This document shows positions 44,598 through 54,417 of a stretch of DNA of 64,000 bases, piece after piece (the stretch's first letter is position 1; the number at the start of each line of letters is the position of its first letter). Location of the stretch: assembly GCA_038227875.1 (NCBI GenBank), contig JBBRPR010000001.1:32001-96000 (forward strand), read 5' to 3'. The position numbers and the translations under genes are program-made. The notes beneath the pieces are model-generated. The model searched no databases and was not told the origin of the DNA. It saw only the letters and a program-made list of their open reading frames with translations. The stretch comes from Planctomycetota bacterium (GTDB taxonomy: Bacteria > Planctomycetota > SZUA-567 > H5-PLA8).

Positions 44598-46457
44598 TCA
44601 CTTCACCACATTCAGATTGCTGAAGTAATCCTGGATCAACTGCTGGTCGTCGGCGCGCACGCTGTCGTCGGACTGCGGCGCGTTGAGGAGCTTCGCCGCC
44701 ACATTGGCATTGGGCTCGCTGTCAGCCGCCACGCGGGCCGGCAGTTCGCGCGCGGCGAGCGTGACTTTCTTCAGATTGTCGTACAAGCCCGGCGACCACG
44801 AATCGCGGTAGACGATGTCCTTGAACGTTTCCTCCTCGGTCACGACCGCGACGCGAAAGGCCGGCGTGCGCGCGGTGTGCGGGCCTTTCTTCGGTTCGAG
44901 ATCGTACGCGTCTTCGACTTCCGCCCAGAAGACGATGCGGTCGCCGAGATGCGCGCCGGTTTCCGAAAGGCGCAGCATGCTCAGCTGCTGAATTTCCGTC
45001 TGCGGCAGCGCGAAGGTCCGCACTTTCGTGTCCTGGGCTTTCTCCTGATTGGATTCCAGGCTTTCGATGCGGTAATGCACGGTCACCTTTGCCACGCCGC
45101 AGTCGTCTGACGCGCGAACCACCACGCCCAGGCTGGACAGTGTCTGTTCGAGCACGTGGGGTTCGTCGCTGGCGGATTTATGCGGCAGGCCGATCAGCGT
45201 TACTTTCGGCGCTTCGTCTTTGACCACGCTGAGTTCGTAGAGATGCGCGGCGTCTTCGTTGGTATAGCCGTATTCGTCGGTCAGAGTCAGCGTGTAGGTG
45301 GCATGGATGGTCTGTCCCTTCTCATCGGCGAGCCACTGCTCGTTGTCGAGCTGCATGATCGCGCGCGCGAACTGGCCGTTGCCGATCAGGTCGTCGGGTT
45401 TGTCTGTGTACGAGCGCTTCATCACAGCGGATTTCAGTTTCTTGTTCGCTTCAATCGTCAGCACCACGGAGCTTCCGAAGAGCTTGCTTTTCAAGTTGCC
45501 GTCGCTGCGCGGTTCGATCATGCGCGCGCGGTGGACGTACGCCGGCAGATCGGTTTCGACGCGCAGGTTGACGATGCGCGGCCGTTCGGTGACCAGCACC
45601 TTCCGGTGCTCGCTGGTGAAACGCCCCGAGGCGAAATAGCAGTCGAACGTTTTGCCGACGGCCTTGTTGAGCTGCTCCGCGCGCCCCGCGCCATCAACGC
45701 TCACTTTCGTCGACGCGTACTGTGTTTCGCCTTCGGCCTTGCTGAAAAAGTACATCTCGTCGCTGTGAAATCCGGTCTCGGCGGCGTGCAGGGTGATGTC
45801 GCTGCCGATCAGGTACGCGGGCTTGTCGAGCGGATCGATGGTGATCTTCGCGCCGCCGGCCGCAGCGATGACGTCGTTCATTTCGCTCCACGCCGTGGAG
45901 AAACTTCCGAGCGCGCCGCGAATGCCCGCCGCGTCAAACGCGAGTGCCGCGGCCCAGAACGCCAGCGTCCCGGCCGCGAGGAACATCTGGCGCCGCGAGG
46001 GTCGGCGATCGACGGCGGCGCAGAAATCGTCATTCAGCGTGGAGCGTTGCGCCTGAATCACGACGGCCCGAACGAGAATCGGATCGAAGCGCGGCTTGTC
46101 GCGCTGCAGATCGGCGTAGATGTCCAACGCGCTGACGACCTTCGACTGGTAATCCGGGTGCTTCTTTTCCACGAGCAGCGCCGCGCGGGAGAGACTGTAG
46201 CGCTCGAAGAGCGGCCGCACGACCTGGCGCCACGCCAGCCAAAGGAATCCAATCACCAGCGCCGGAAGGATCGGTGCGCGCATGTAATACGGCAGCCCGA
46301 TGGAGCTCTGCACGATCAGCACCGCCAGCAGCGGCAGCGCGAGGCACCAGATCAGGCGGCAAGAGCCTTCCAGCACGGCGCACGAACGCTGCAGCGCGGC
46401 GACGCGGGCTACGCGCGCGCAGAGGGTTTCGTAGGCGGATCGTGCTTCGTCGGACAT
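44598..46457 (-). CDS. DUF4175-like membrane protein of MoxR/DUF58/vWA operons
   Basis: Three TMs around AALLVEKKHP..VVSAL, then beta-rich domains with LTDEYGYTN, DEAPKVTL, RASDDCGV and GDRIVFWAEVED. Confidence 0.7.
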   Translation of the reverse strand: MSDEARSAYETLCARVARVAALQRSCAVLEGSCRLIWCLALPLLAVLIVQSSIGLPYYMRAPILPALVIGFLWLAWRQVVRPLFERYSLSRAALLVEKKHPDYQSKVVSALDIYADLQRDKPRFDPILVRAVVIQAQRSTLNDDFCAAVDRRPSRRQMFLAAGTLAFWAAALAFDAAGIRGALGSFSTAWSEMNDVIAAAGGAKITIDPLDKPAYLIGSDITLHAAETGFHSDEMYFFSKAEGETQYASTKVSVDGAGRAEQLNKAVGKTFDCYFASGRFTSEHRKVLVTERPRIVNLRVETDLPAYVHRARMIEPRSDGNLKSKLFGSSVVLTIEANKKLKSAVMKRSYTDKPDDLIGNGQFARAIMQLDNEQWLADEKGQTIHATYTLTLTDEYGYTNEDAAHLYELSVVKDEAPKVTLIGLPHKSASDEPHVLEQTLSSLGVVVRASDDCGVAKVTVHYRIESLESNQEKAQDTKVRTFALPQTEIQQLSMLRLSETGAHLGDRIVFWAEVEDAYDLEPKKGPHTARTPAFRVAVVTEEETFKDIVYRDSWSPGLYDNLKKVTLAARELPARVAADSEPNANVAAKLLNAPQSDDSVRADDQQLIQDYFSNLNVVK

Positions 46458-48776
46458 TTAAGCCAGCCCCCGCCGCTTGCGCATGAGCCACTCGGAGCTC
46501 AGCAAGACCACCAGTAGAATCGCCAGCCCCGGCGCATGCCAGAGATCCACCGTCAGCTGCGTGACGCGCGCGGACGAGGGACTATCCGGCAGCTTGAAAG
46601 CTGCTGCCTGTGCGAGCGTGCCGCTGTTGCCGCCGGTTGCTTTCGCCAGCTCCGCCAGTGCTTGCGTATCGGTCTTGATGTGGAGAAATTCCGAACGCGA
46701 CGGCGCGACGTAGACGGTCGCTTCCAGCACCTTCGGATCTTCGCCTTGCATCGAGATGATCGCTTTGATGTGGTGCGGGCCGGCCTTCACCGGCACAAAC
46801 GTAAACGGATAGCGGCCGGGGAGCGCGATGTCGGAATTCGTCTGCCCGTTGATCGTCTCGCCGCCGGGCTGATCGATGATGAAGCGCGTGCTGGCCGTCG
46901 TATCGGGATTGCCATCCTTGTCCTTGATCGTGACCGAGAACGTCGCCGGTTTGGAAACTTCCAGCACGGGATCTTCGCAGACCAGCGAGCCGATGCGTTT
47001 GTTGGTGCGCGGATCACCCGCGGACCAGCGCGCGAGCTGGCCCCAGTAGCGCTGGTGGTAATCGTTCTCGGTGGTGCGGGCCAGGCGCCAGTGCCACGTG
47101 CCGTCCAGGGCGCTGGAGAAAACGCGGCCGTGGCCGTACTGCCATGCCGCGGCGATCGGCCGCGGACCGGTGGCGGTTTTCAACGTGGGATGAACCAGCA
47201 GGACCGTCGCGCCGGGCTTGACCACGCGGAACGCGTTGCCGCCTTCCACCCACGGCAGCTTGGCCCACGCTTCGACGTTCTTTGCGGGGTCCTGTTCCAG
47301 TTGCATTGCCGGATGCATGATGCCTTGCGTTGTAGCCTGAACATTGAAACGATTGACGAGCTGAAGCTTCTTGTCGCGCGTGACATTGAGCGGGACCATG
47401 CGCGCCAGCGGGGTGTCTTCGTAATTTCCCGCCGCGTACACCTTGAATCCGCCAATGGTCACCAGCCCGCCGCCGTGGCGCGTGACGAACGATTCGAGGA
47501 TATCGAAGCGGTTGGACTGTTCGAAGATCTTGCGCTCGACGTCGCCGAGAATCAGCACGTCGAAGTAATCCAGCTCGTCGGCGACGCTCGGGAAACCGTC
47601 CTTGGGACGCGCGAGGACCGGCTTGCCGTCCGGGCGAGTGGGCTTGCCTTGGAAAAACCACTCGTCGCCGGGCAGGCGCACCAGCCCGCTGAAGTCGATC
47701 ACCGGATCGGATTCCAGCGCCTGCTTGGCGAATTTGTATTCCCAGCTCGGTTCGCCTTCGACGAAGAGCACCTTGACCTTGTCGCTGCGGACGTCGAGGT
47801 TGAAATCGATGGTATTGTTGGCTGACGTGATCTCACCGTCGACGGGAAGCACGCGCAGGCTGTAGTGCTGAAAACCCGCCTCCGTCGTTGCGAATTCAAT
47901 GTGAGCGACGGCTCCCTCGTCACCGGGCTTGACGGCCACGGTCGCGCTGCCGGCTTCCTTTTCTCCGGCGTCGTTGATCGCGAAGAGCTTCACCGAGACG
48001 TCGTGGGCAATGCCCAGCGACTGCAACTGTGCCGAAACCACCGCGTGGTCGTGAAGGTAAACATACGGCGGAACGCCGGCGCTGTGGAGCACGACATCGC
48101 GGACGTCGGTCTCATCGCCGGCGCTGAGCGTGCTGACGGGCACGGGAAGTTCGTTCGACGCTGCAGCGAGTTCGCGCCCGCCCAGCTCCACGCCGTCGGA
48201 AATCAGCAGCACCTGGTCGAGCGGCTGCTCGCTGCGCTGCGTGGTCCGGCGGACCAGCATCTTGGCCAGATCCTGCGGCGCGGCGGCGGATTCGGTGGCG
48301 GGGGTCAGCGGCTGGCCGGACGTGGTCGCGACGGTCACGGCGTAATTCTGACGGAGCTGTTCGAGCAGTCCGCGCGCATAGAGCGTGCTTTCTGTGCGCG
48401 CCAGGCGCGTCTCTGTTCCGGCGACCGGCAGCGACATGCTCGGCGAGTCGTCGACCAGTACGAGCAACTGCGGCAGCTGGGTATGCGTGACCTGGATCGC
48501 GCAAACTGCTCCGCTGGTCATCACCAGCAGCAGCAGCAGCGCGAGAAAGCGCGTCGCCGAAAGTGTGACCCGTGCGCGCCAGGTCAGGCCTTCTTGCGTG
48601 CGGAAATAACAGACTGAGGCGAGGCCCAGTGCGACGAGCGAGCCGCAGAACAGCAGCTCGTGGCCGTAAGGCGCGAACGACCACTGCGCGGCATGAACAC
48701 GCGCGGCCACGAGGTCGAAGCGACCTTCCGCGAGGAGCGCGAATCGCGCGAGGAGGTTCAGCAGCGTCTGCATCAC
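46458..48776 (-). CDS. Membrane-anchored vWA + Ig-like + class I glutamine amidotransferase-like protein
   Basis: MIDAS-like LVDDSPSM and LLISDG, KVLFVEGEPSWEYKF, FDVLILGDV..GGGLVTIGG, C-terminal EWLMRKRRGL. Confidence 0.85.
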   Translation of the reverse strand: MMQTLLNLLARFALLAEGRFDLVAARVHAAQWSFAPYGHELLFCGSLVALGLASVCYFRTQEGLTWRARVTLSATRFLALLLLLVMTSGAVCAIQVTHTQLPQLLVLVDDSPSMSLPVAGTETRLARTESTLYARGLLEQLRQNYAVTVATTSGQPLTPATESAAAPQDLAKMLVRRTTQRSEQPLDQVLLISDGVELGGRELAAASNELPVPVSTLSAGDETDVRDVVLHSAGVPPYVYLHDHAVVSAQLQSLGIAHDVSVKLFAINDAGEKEAGSATVAVKPGDEGAVAHIEFATTEAGFQHYSLRVLPVDGEITSANNTIDFNLDVRSDKVKVLFVEGEPSWEYKFAKQALESDPVIDFSGLVRLPGDEWFFQGKPTRPDGKPVLARPKDGFPSVADELDYFDVLILGDVERKIFEQSNRFDILESFVTRHGGGLVTIGGFKVYAAGNYEDTPLARMVPLNVTRDKKLQLVNRFNVQATTQGIMHPAMQLEQDPAKNVEAWAKLPWVEGGNAFRVVKPGATVLLVHPTLKTATGPRPIAAAWQYGHGRVFSSALDGTWHWRLARTTENDYHQRYWGQLARWSAGDPRTNKRIGSLVCEDPVLEVSKPATFSVTIKDKDGNPDTTASTRFIIDQPGGETINGQTNSDIALPGRYPFTFVPVKAGPHHIKAIISMQGEDPKVLEATVYVAPSRSEFLHIKTDTQALAELAKATGGNSGTLAQAAAFKLPDSPSSARVTQLTVDLWHAPGLAILLVVLLSSEWLMRKRRGLA

Positions 48777-51124
48777 GCGGCGGCCTCCGTGGCGCTCATC
48801 CAGGCCACCAGACTTTCCGCGCCGAGGACCAGGAGCGCCGCCAATAGCGTCCAGCGCCAGAGATCGCGCCCGGTGTGGAGCGCTTCAACGATCGCGGCGC
48901 TGTTGTCGGTCAACCGGTAAGAGGTGAGTTGCGTGCTGGGCGGCAGGTAGTTCTTCAGGTCGTCGACGGGAATCGCTTCGAGATCGCTTTCGCGCGGGCT
49001 GTGATTGACGGAGATGGGGATCATGTCCGTGTCGAGCGCCGGTTCGGTGAGCATGCCTTCGATGGCGCCGGGTTGCATGCTCAAGAAATAATGCCCGTCG
49101 CGCGAGGTGGAGGGCAGCACGACTGCGCGGCTGTTCTGGAGCCACGGCAGCGGTTCGTATTGCGGCTTGGTTCCCGGCGCGGAGGCCAGGCGGAAGAGCG
49201 CGGGCGTGCCGCTGGCGAGTTCGGTGGGAATGATCGTCGCGGCGCCTTCACCGACAACGCGATCGGGCAGCAGCGTGGACGGGCGGCCATCGGCGCCGAG
49301 GTAGCGGACAAGGTTGCGCGTCATCAGCACGAACGCGGGACGCAGCGGCCAGTCGCTTTCAGTGATGTGCGCGCCAGTGGCGGCGAGAATCACACGGCCT
49401 TTGCCGACGGCACCTTCGACCAGCGCGGGCGTGCCATCGGAAAAACGTGCGAGAACTTTGGCGTCGGCGTTGGGCTGCAGCACAAAATGGAGACTGGTGC
49501 TGAGGCTGTGGATGCCCGCGCCGGCGTGTTCGCGCACGCCGCTGAGCGCCGTGGCGCGTTCGTCGATGGATTTGAGGAAGACGAAATCCTTGGTCTTCTT
49601 TTCGAGCAGCTGCGCCGGGAGAAATCCCCACGCGTTGTATTCTTCGGCCGTGGAGTTGGCGCCGGGAAACACCAGCACGCCTTTGCCGTCGGCGGCGAAC
49701 TGGCGGATCTTCTCACGCAGGTCCTTGTCGATGGTCTGGACACCGGCGAGGACGACGACGTTCCATTCGGTCAGGCGGCGCTTGGTGAATTCGGTCAGGT
49801 CCACTTCTTTGGCGTCAGCGGCGGCCGGATTGCTGCTCGAGCGCGAACCCAGCGCGTTGACCAGGTAGAACGCTTCGGAATCGGCGCCGGTGTGGCCGGC
49901 TTCGCCATTGACGCAGAGCGTCTGCACGGGGAAGCGCACGCCGATCTGGAAATGCCACGTGTCGTCGTACGGGTAGGTGTCGGACGGCGACGAGAGTTCT
50001 GCGGTGCAGAGCAGGCTGCGTTCGCGGCTTAACACCTGGATCGGGAACGCCAGCGAAAGGGAGCTCTTCGCCGGAATCACGGGTACCTTGATTTCGCTGG
50101 GCTTGTTGCCTTCACCGGAGTGGACGGTGAGCTTGCCTTCATCGGAGGCCTGCGCGCTGTAATTGCGGATCGTGGCGACGCCGGTGATGGTCTGACCGAA
50201 ATCCGCTTCGCGGACGGGGACCGTGCAGCTCTCAAGGCCCAGGTTTGCTCCGGAGGACGCTTGCGGCTCGATCGGCACGGCAACCAGCGAGACACCGGCC
50301 AGCTCATCGAGTTTGTCGCCTTCCCATTCGGATTTTTGAAGGTCGGAGATGAGGATGATTTTCTTGTCGCCGTCCTGCGAGAGGCGGAGCAGCTTCGCCG
50401 CGTGTGCGAGGGCCCGCTTGACGTCGCCGGGTTGGGCAGCGACGTCGGCTTGCGCCAGCAGAGACCGCAAGCGCGTCTGGTCGTAACCGAAATCCTGAAC
50501 GCGGCTGGAATCGTATCCGCGCACGCCGACTTTTGTTCCCGCGGGAATTTTGTTCAGCGCCGTCTCCAATTGCGCGGCGTCGCGGGTGAGTCCCGGCACG
50601 CTTTGCTTCGCGGACGCTTTCTCCGACAGCCAGAGTCCCGTGGGTTCACCGGCGCGGGCGTTCAGTTCGTTGCGGAGCTGCGCGGCGTCGGTGAAGTACG
50701 TCGGGTCGTCGGTGGGCGCGGTGAAGAGCAGTTCGACGCGGTCGGCGGGGCCGAGGTGGTCGACGGCAGTCTGCGCGATCGACTTGGCGCGTTCGAAGAG
50801 CGTCTTGCCGTCGCGCAGGCGCTGCATTGATGGGGAGTTGTCGAGGACGATCACGATCGAGGCGCGTTCTTCGCCCAGTGTGCCGTGGCTGACGAACGGT
50901 CGCGCGAGGCCGAGCATCAAGGCCAGCAATGCGAGCATGCGCAGGCAGAGCAGCACCTTGTCGATCAAGCGGCGCTGAATTGTGTTGTTCTTCACCGTCT
51001 TGTCGAAGAATTGCAGCGTGGTGAAGGCGCGTTCCGGATAGCGCTGACGGTGGATCAGATGGATCACGACGGGAATCGAGACCGCTGCCAATCCGTAGAG
51101 AAACGCCGCGCTGAGAAAGCTCAT
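48773..51124 (-). CDS. BatA-domain / vWA membrane protein
   Basis: BatA N-terminus MSFLSAAFLYGLAAVSIPVVIHLI, vWA IVLDNSPSM and ILISDLQ, C-terminal TM DLWRWTLLAALLVLGAE. Confidence 0.88.
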   Translation of the reverse strand: MSFLSAAFLYGLAAVSIPVVIHLIHRQRYPERAFTTLQFFDKTVKNNTIQRRLIDKVLLCLRMLALLALMLGLARPFVSHGTLGEERASIVIVLDNSPSMQRLRDGKTLFERAKSIAQTAVDHLGPADRVELLFTAPTDDPTYFTDAAQLRNELNARAGEPTGLWLSEKASAKQSVPGLTRDAAQLETALNKIPAGTKVGVRGYDSSRVQDFGYDQTRLRSLLAQADVAAQPGDVKRALAHAAKLLRLSQDGDKKIILISDLQKSEWEGDKLDELAGVSLVAVPIEPQASSGANLGLESCTVPVREADFGQTITGVATIRNYSAQASDEGKLTVHSGEGNKPSEIKVPVIPAKSSLSLAFPIQVLSRERSLLCTAELSSPSDTYPYDDTWHFQIGVRFPVQTLCVNGEAGHTGADSEAFYLVNALGSRSSSNPAAADAKEVDLTEFTKRRLTEWNVVVLAGVQTIDKDLREKIRQFAADGKGVLVFPGANSTAEEYNAWGFLPAQLLEKKTKDFVFLKSIDERATALSGVREHAGAGIHSLSTSLHFVLQPNADAKVLARFSDGTPALVEGAVGKGRVILAATGAHITESDWPLRPAFVLMTRNLVRYLGADGRPSTLLPDRVVGEGAATIIPTELASGTPALFRLASAPGTKPQYEPLPWLQNSRAVVLPSTSRDGHYFLSMQPGAIEGMLTEPALDTDMIPISVNHSPRESDLEAIPVDDLKNYLPPSTQLTSYRLTDNSAAIVEALHTGRDLWRWTLLAALLVLGAESLVAWMSATEAAA

Positions 51125-51126
51125 CG

Positions 51127-52026
51127 TTAGCGGGTCCTCCGCGCGCGGAAGGCGAAGTAATTGGAGAGGACCGTTTCAATGGGCTGCGACGTGCGGATGA
51201 GATGGTAGTCGACGTTCGATTTCAAACAGCCTTCGCGCAAGCTGGTGCAGTAGGCGCGGACGCGGTCCTGATAAGTCGCGCGGAACGTGGCGGGATCGAC
51301 GGCCAGCCGCGAGGAGGTCTCCAGTTCGCGGAAGTTGGCGAGTTCGGCGTAAGGGAGATTGAGTTCGGCGTCGTCGAGCAGGTGAAAGACGATGACGTCG
51401 TGTTTCTTGTGCTGGAAATGCTGGAGCGCGGTCAGGATTTTGTCGGTGTCGTCGAGGAGGTCGGAAATCAGGATGATCATCCCACGGGTCTTGATCGTCT
51501 CGGCGAGATGATGGCAGACGGCGGGAATGTTCGTCGCTGGTCCGGGCTGCAACTGGCCGAGGATGTGGAGCATCATGCGCAGGTGCTGGCGGCTGCCGCG
51601 CGGCGGAAGATAGTGGCGGACTTTCGAATCGAACGTAACCAGCCCGGCCATGTCGTTCTGGTGGATCAGCGTGTAGGCGAGCGTCGCGGCGAGGTACGAG
51701 CCGTATTCGATCTTCTTCAGTTTGCCTTCGCCGAAGTCCATCGACTTGGAACCGTCGAGGACGATCGTGGCTTTGAGCTGGCTCTCCATTTCGAAGCGCT
51801 TGACGTAGTACTTGTCCTTGCGCGCCCAGACGCGCCAGTCGACGGTGCGCAGGTCGTCGCCGGCGGCGTATTCGCGGTGGTCGACGAATTCGACGCTGTA
51901 GCCGAAGTCGGGGCTCTTGTGGTAGCCGACGAAAGTACCCTTCACGAGTTTCTTGGCGGCGATCTCCAGGTTGGGGAGCTTCGCCAGCAGCGCGGGATCG
52001 AGGAAGCGTGAACCGACGATGTTCAT
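51127..52026 (-). CDS. DUF58 domain protein (vWA-like MoxR partner)
   Basis: G.HKSP..G.SVEFVDHREY..GDDLRTVDWRVWAR..YYVKRFE, LDGSKSM, ILISDL. Confidence 0.95.
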   Translation of the reverse strand: MNIVGSRFLDPALLAKLPNLEIAAKKLVKGTFVGYHKSPDFGYSVEFVDHREYAAGDDLRTVDWRVWARKDKYYVKRFEMESQLKATIVLDGSKSMDFGEGKLKKIEYGSYLAATLAYTLIHQNDMAGLVTFDSKVRHYLPPRGSRQHLRMMLHILGQLQPGPATNIPAVCHHLAETIKTRGMIILISDLLDDTDKILTALQHFQHKKHDVIVFHLLDDAELNLPYAELANFRELETSSRLAVDPATFRATYQDRVRAYCTSLREGCLKSNVDYHLIRTSQPIETVLSNYFAFRARRTR

Positions 52027-52077
52027 GGGCAGACCTGTGAGAAACGGACGCGTGAATACACGGTCGACGATGAACGG

Positions 52078-53088
52078 TTACTCTTTGGGTTCCGGCACGC
52101 TTTCGATCAGTTCCTTGATAATCTGGACGGTGTCGTTGCCTTCGGCTTCGGCAGCGAAGTTGGGGACGATGCGGTGGCGCAGCACGCTGACGGCGCACGA
52201 ACGGATGTCCTGCGTTGAGACGTGGAAGCTGCCGCGCAGAATCGCGCGGGCCTTGCCGCCGAGGACCAGGTTCTGGACAGCGCGCGGACCGGCGCCCCAC
52301 TGCAGCCACTTCTTGGCGGTCTTGGAGCCGTCGGGTTCGCCGGGGCGCGTGGCGCGGACGAGTTTCGTGGCGTAGGCCACGACCGGATCGGCGATGGGAA
52401 CTTTGCGGACGAGCATCTGGTACTTCACGATGTCGTTGCCGTTCATCACGACTTTCAGATCGGGCTTGTGATCGACGGTGGTCTGGATGCCGATCTGGAT
52501 TTCATCCTTCTCTTCGGGGTAGCCGAGATAAATGTTGAACATGAAGCGATCCTGCTGCGCTTCGGGAAGCGGATAGGTGCCTTCCTGTTCAATCGGATTC
52601 TGCGTGGCCAGGACTAGGAACGGTTCTTCGAGCTTGTAGGTCTTGTTGCCGATCGTGACTTCCTTTTCCTGCATGGCCTGAAGCAACGCAGCTTGAGTTT
52701 TCGGCGGCGTGCGGTTGATCTCGTCGGCGAGGACCATATTGGCGAAGAGCGGGCCTTGGATGAATTTCAGGGAGCGCTGCCGCGTGGCGGCGTCTTCTTC
52801 GATCACGTCGGTGCCGGTGATGTCGGAGGGCATCAGGTCGGGCGTGAACTGGATGCGCTTGAATTTCAGGTCGAGCACTTTGGCGATGGTCGAGACCAGC
52901 AGCGTCTTCGCCAGTCCGGGCACGCCGACGAGCAGCGCGTGACCGCGGCTGAAGAGGCAGGTCAGGACGTCATCGACCACGACCTGCTGGCCGACGATGA
53001 CCTTGCGGACTTCGCCAATGATCGCCTCGCGAGCCTTCTTCAAGGCTTCGACTGACTGCAGTGCTTCGTCGGTGGAGTCTTGCGCCAT
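52078..53088 (-). CDS. moxR: MoxR family AAA+ ATPase
   Basis: Walker A GVPGLAKT, RIQFTPDLMPSDITG, LADEINRTPPKTQAALLQAMQE, ATQNPIEQEGTYPLPEAQQDRF, LRHRI. Confidence 0.97.
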   Translation of the reverse strand: MAQDSTDEALQSVEALKKAREAIIGEVRKVIVGQQVVVDDVLTCLFSRGHALLVGVPGLAKTLLVSTIAKVLDLKFKRIQFTPDLMPSDITGTDVIEEDAATRQRSLKFIQGPLFANMVLADEINRTPPKTQAALLQAMQEKEVTIGNKTYKLEEPFLVLATQNPIEQEGTYPLPEAQQDRFMFNIYLGYPEEKDEIQIGIQTTVDHKPDLKVVMNGNDIVKYQMLVRKVPIADPVVAYATKLVRATRPGEPDGSKTAKKWLQWGAGPRAVQNLVLGGKARAILRGSFHVSTQDIRSCAVSVLRHRIVPNFAAEAEGNDTVQIIKELIESVPEPKE

Positions 53089-53099
53089 GATCGATGGTC

Positions 53100-53545
53100 C
53101 TCAAAGGAAGTTGGCGTCGTCTGAAGGGTATACTCCGCAAGGAGTCAAATTGTGATCAAATTGTTTAATTGATTAACTTTTTTAAATGCTTTGCGTTAAA
53201 CAAGTTGCTTAAGTTTTCTAAAGGTCACCGGAATTATGCTACTAAAAGATAGCATTTAATTCAAGCCCTGTGTGAACTTCTCCCCCGCAGCATTTGTGTT
53301 AGTGCACATTATATAATGTAAAGCGCTGAGAAGCGAACAGGAAGGTGAAACTATTTGGGCGAGGTCTTTTTGCCCATACCGCAATGCATCTGTCTATAAA
53401 TGGGATAGGAAGAGCAACGTATTCTTATAAAGGCAATAATGATAAAAGAATACACGTGTCCACTAATGAGATAACTAATATAAATAAAAGTAACATTATG
53501 GTGCTGGAGCGGTGTACTTACAGGTGCAGAGATTTGAGGGTCTTT
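53100..53545. promoter_or_regulatory. Long AT-rich divergent promoter region
   Basis: Strongly AT-rich against the GC-rich genes. Perfect palindrome ACATTATATAATGT (53306-53319) and ATGCTA-N8-TAGCAT (53236-53255). Confidence 0.55.
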
Positions 53546-53547
53546 CC

Positions 53548-54399
53548 GTGAATGCCATCAGCAGCGACCTTGTTGGGCGGCTTTACACGCAGGTCAAGCA
53601 GCGATTGGACGCTGAGCTCATTCCGCTCTGGCTGTTCCGCGCGACGGAAGTGCGCGACGGCGATGCGAAGGCGCATTCGCGGCAGGTCTGGTTGTTCTCG
53701 CGGCTGTTTCGAAAATACCCGCGGCGTGCGGAACTCGGCCGGACGGCGCGCGCCGGCGTCGACGGCTGGATCGCGAACCCCGATCCGGTTTCGCAGTGCG
53801 ACGATGCGCGCGCCATATACGCGCTTGCCGAATACTTTCTGGCGAGCGGCGATCCGCGCGGCATGGAGCACGCTTGCGCGGCGTTCGAGCGGCTGATCAC
53901 CGAACGCGATGACGGGCGGAATTTTAATTCGCAGTTGCAGCGCCTGGAAGCATTCACCGTGCTGTACGCGGCGTCGGGCAGCGACGTTCACGGCCGCCGC
54001 TTACGTGAGGTGATCGACGCGCTCGCGTGCGACGCGGCGCCGGGTGGGGAGCGCGCGCTGGAATTGCTCTGGCTGATGCGCCTGGCGTTGGAGACGCTTG
54101 GCGCGGACCTGCGTCCGTATTGGGAGCTCTGGAACGGCATGGCCACCCATGCGCTGCAACGGGGCTCCGAATGGGAGTGCATGGACGTCCGGCAGCACGC
54201 GGAGGCGCTGGTTGGCTTTCTGGACGCGTATGAACTTTTTGGCGATGAGCGGTATCTCGAGGCGTACGAATCAATCTGGAGCTTCGTGTGCCCGCGCCGT
54301 CTGCGCTGGGATGAAAAGTCTGTTGATCCGTGGGAGTTCGCTTACCATACGGGCCGCGCGATGATCGAATGCGCCGAGCGGTTGGAACGTCTCAAGTAA
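53548..54399 (+). CDS. Degenerate AGE family (N-acylglucosamine/cellobiose 2-epimerase-like) protein
   Basis: Family landmarks SRQVWLFSRL, AIYALAEY, NSQLQRLEAFTVLY, AEALVGFLDAYELFGDERYL, YHTGRAMIE. Shorter than typical members. Confidence 0.72.
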   Translation: MNAISSDLVGRLYTQVKQRLDAELIPLWLFRATEVRDGDAKAHSRQVWLFSRLFRKYPRRAELGRTARAGVDGWIANPDPVSQCDDARAIYALAEYFLASGDPRGMEHACAAFERLITERDDGRNFNSQLQRLEAFTVLYAASGSDVHGRRLREVIDALACDAAPGGERALELLWLMRLALETLGADLRPYWELWNGMATHALQRGSEWECMDVRQHAEALVGFLDAYELFGDERYLEAYESIWSFVCPRRLRWDEKSVDPWEFAYHTGRAMIECAERLERLK

Positions 54400-54417
54400 T
54401 GTCAGGTAGGAGTCGTC

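Noticed and set aside
53345..53551. 68-aa ORF in the AT-rich gap
   Set aside because: Composition is unlike the genome's coding style and no motif is visible. More likely promoter DNA.
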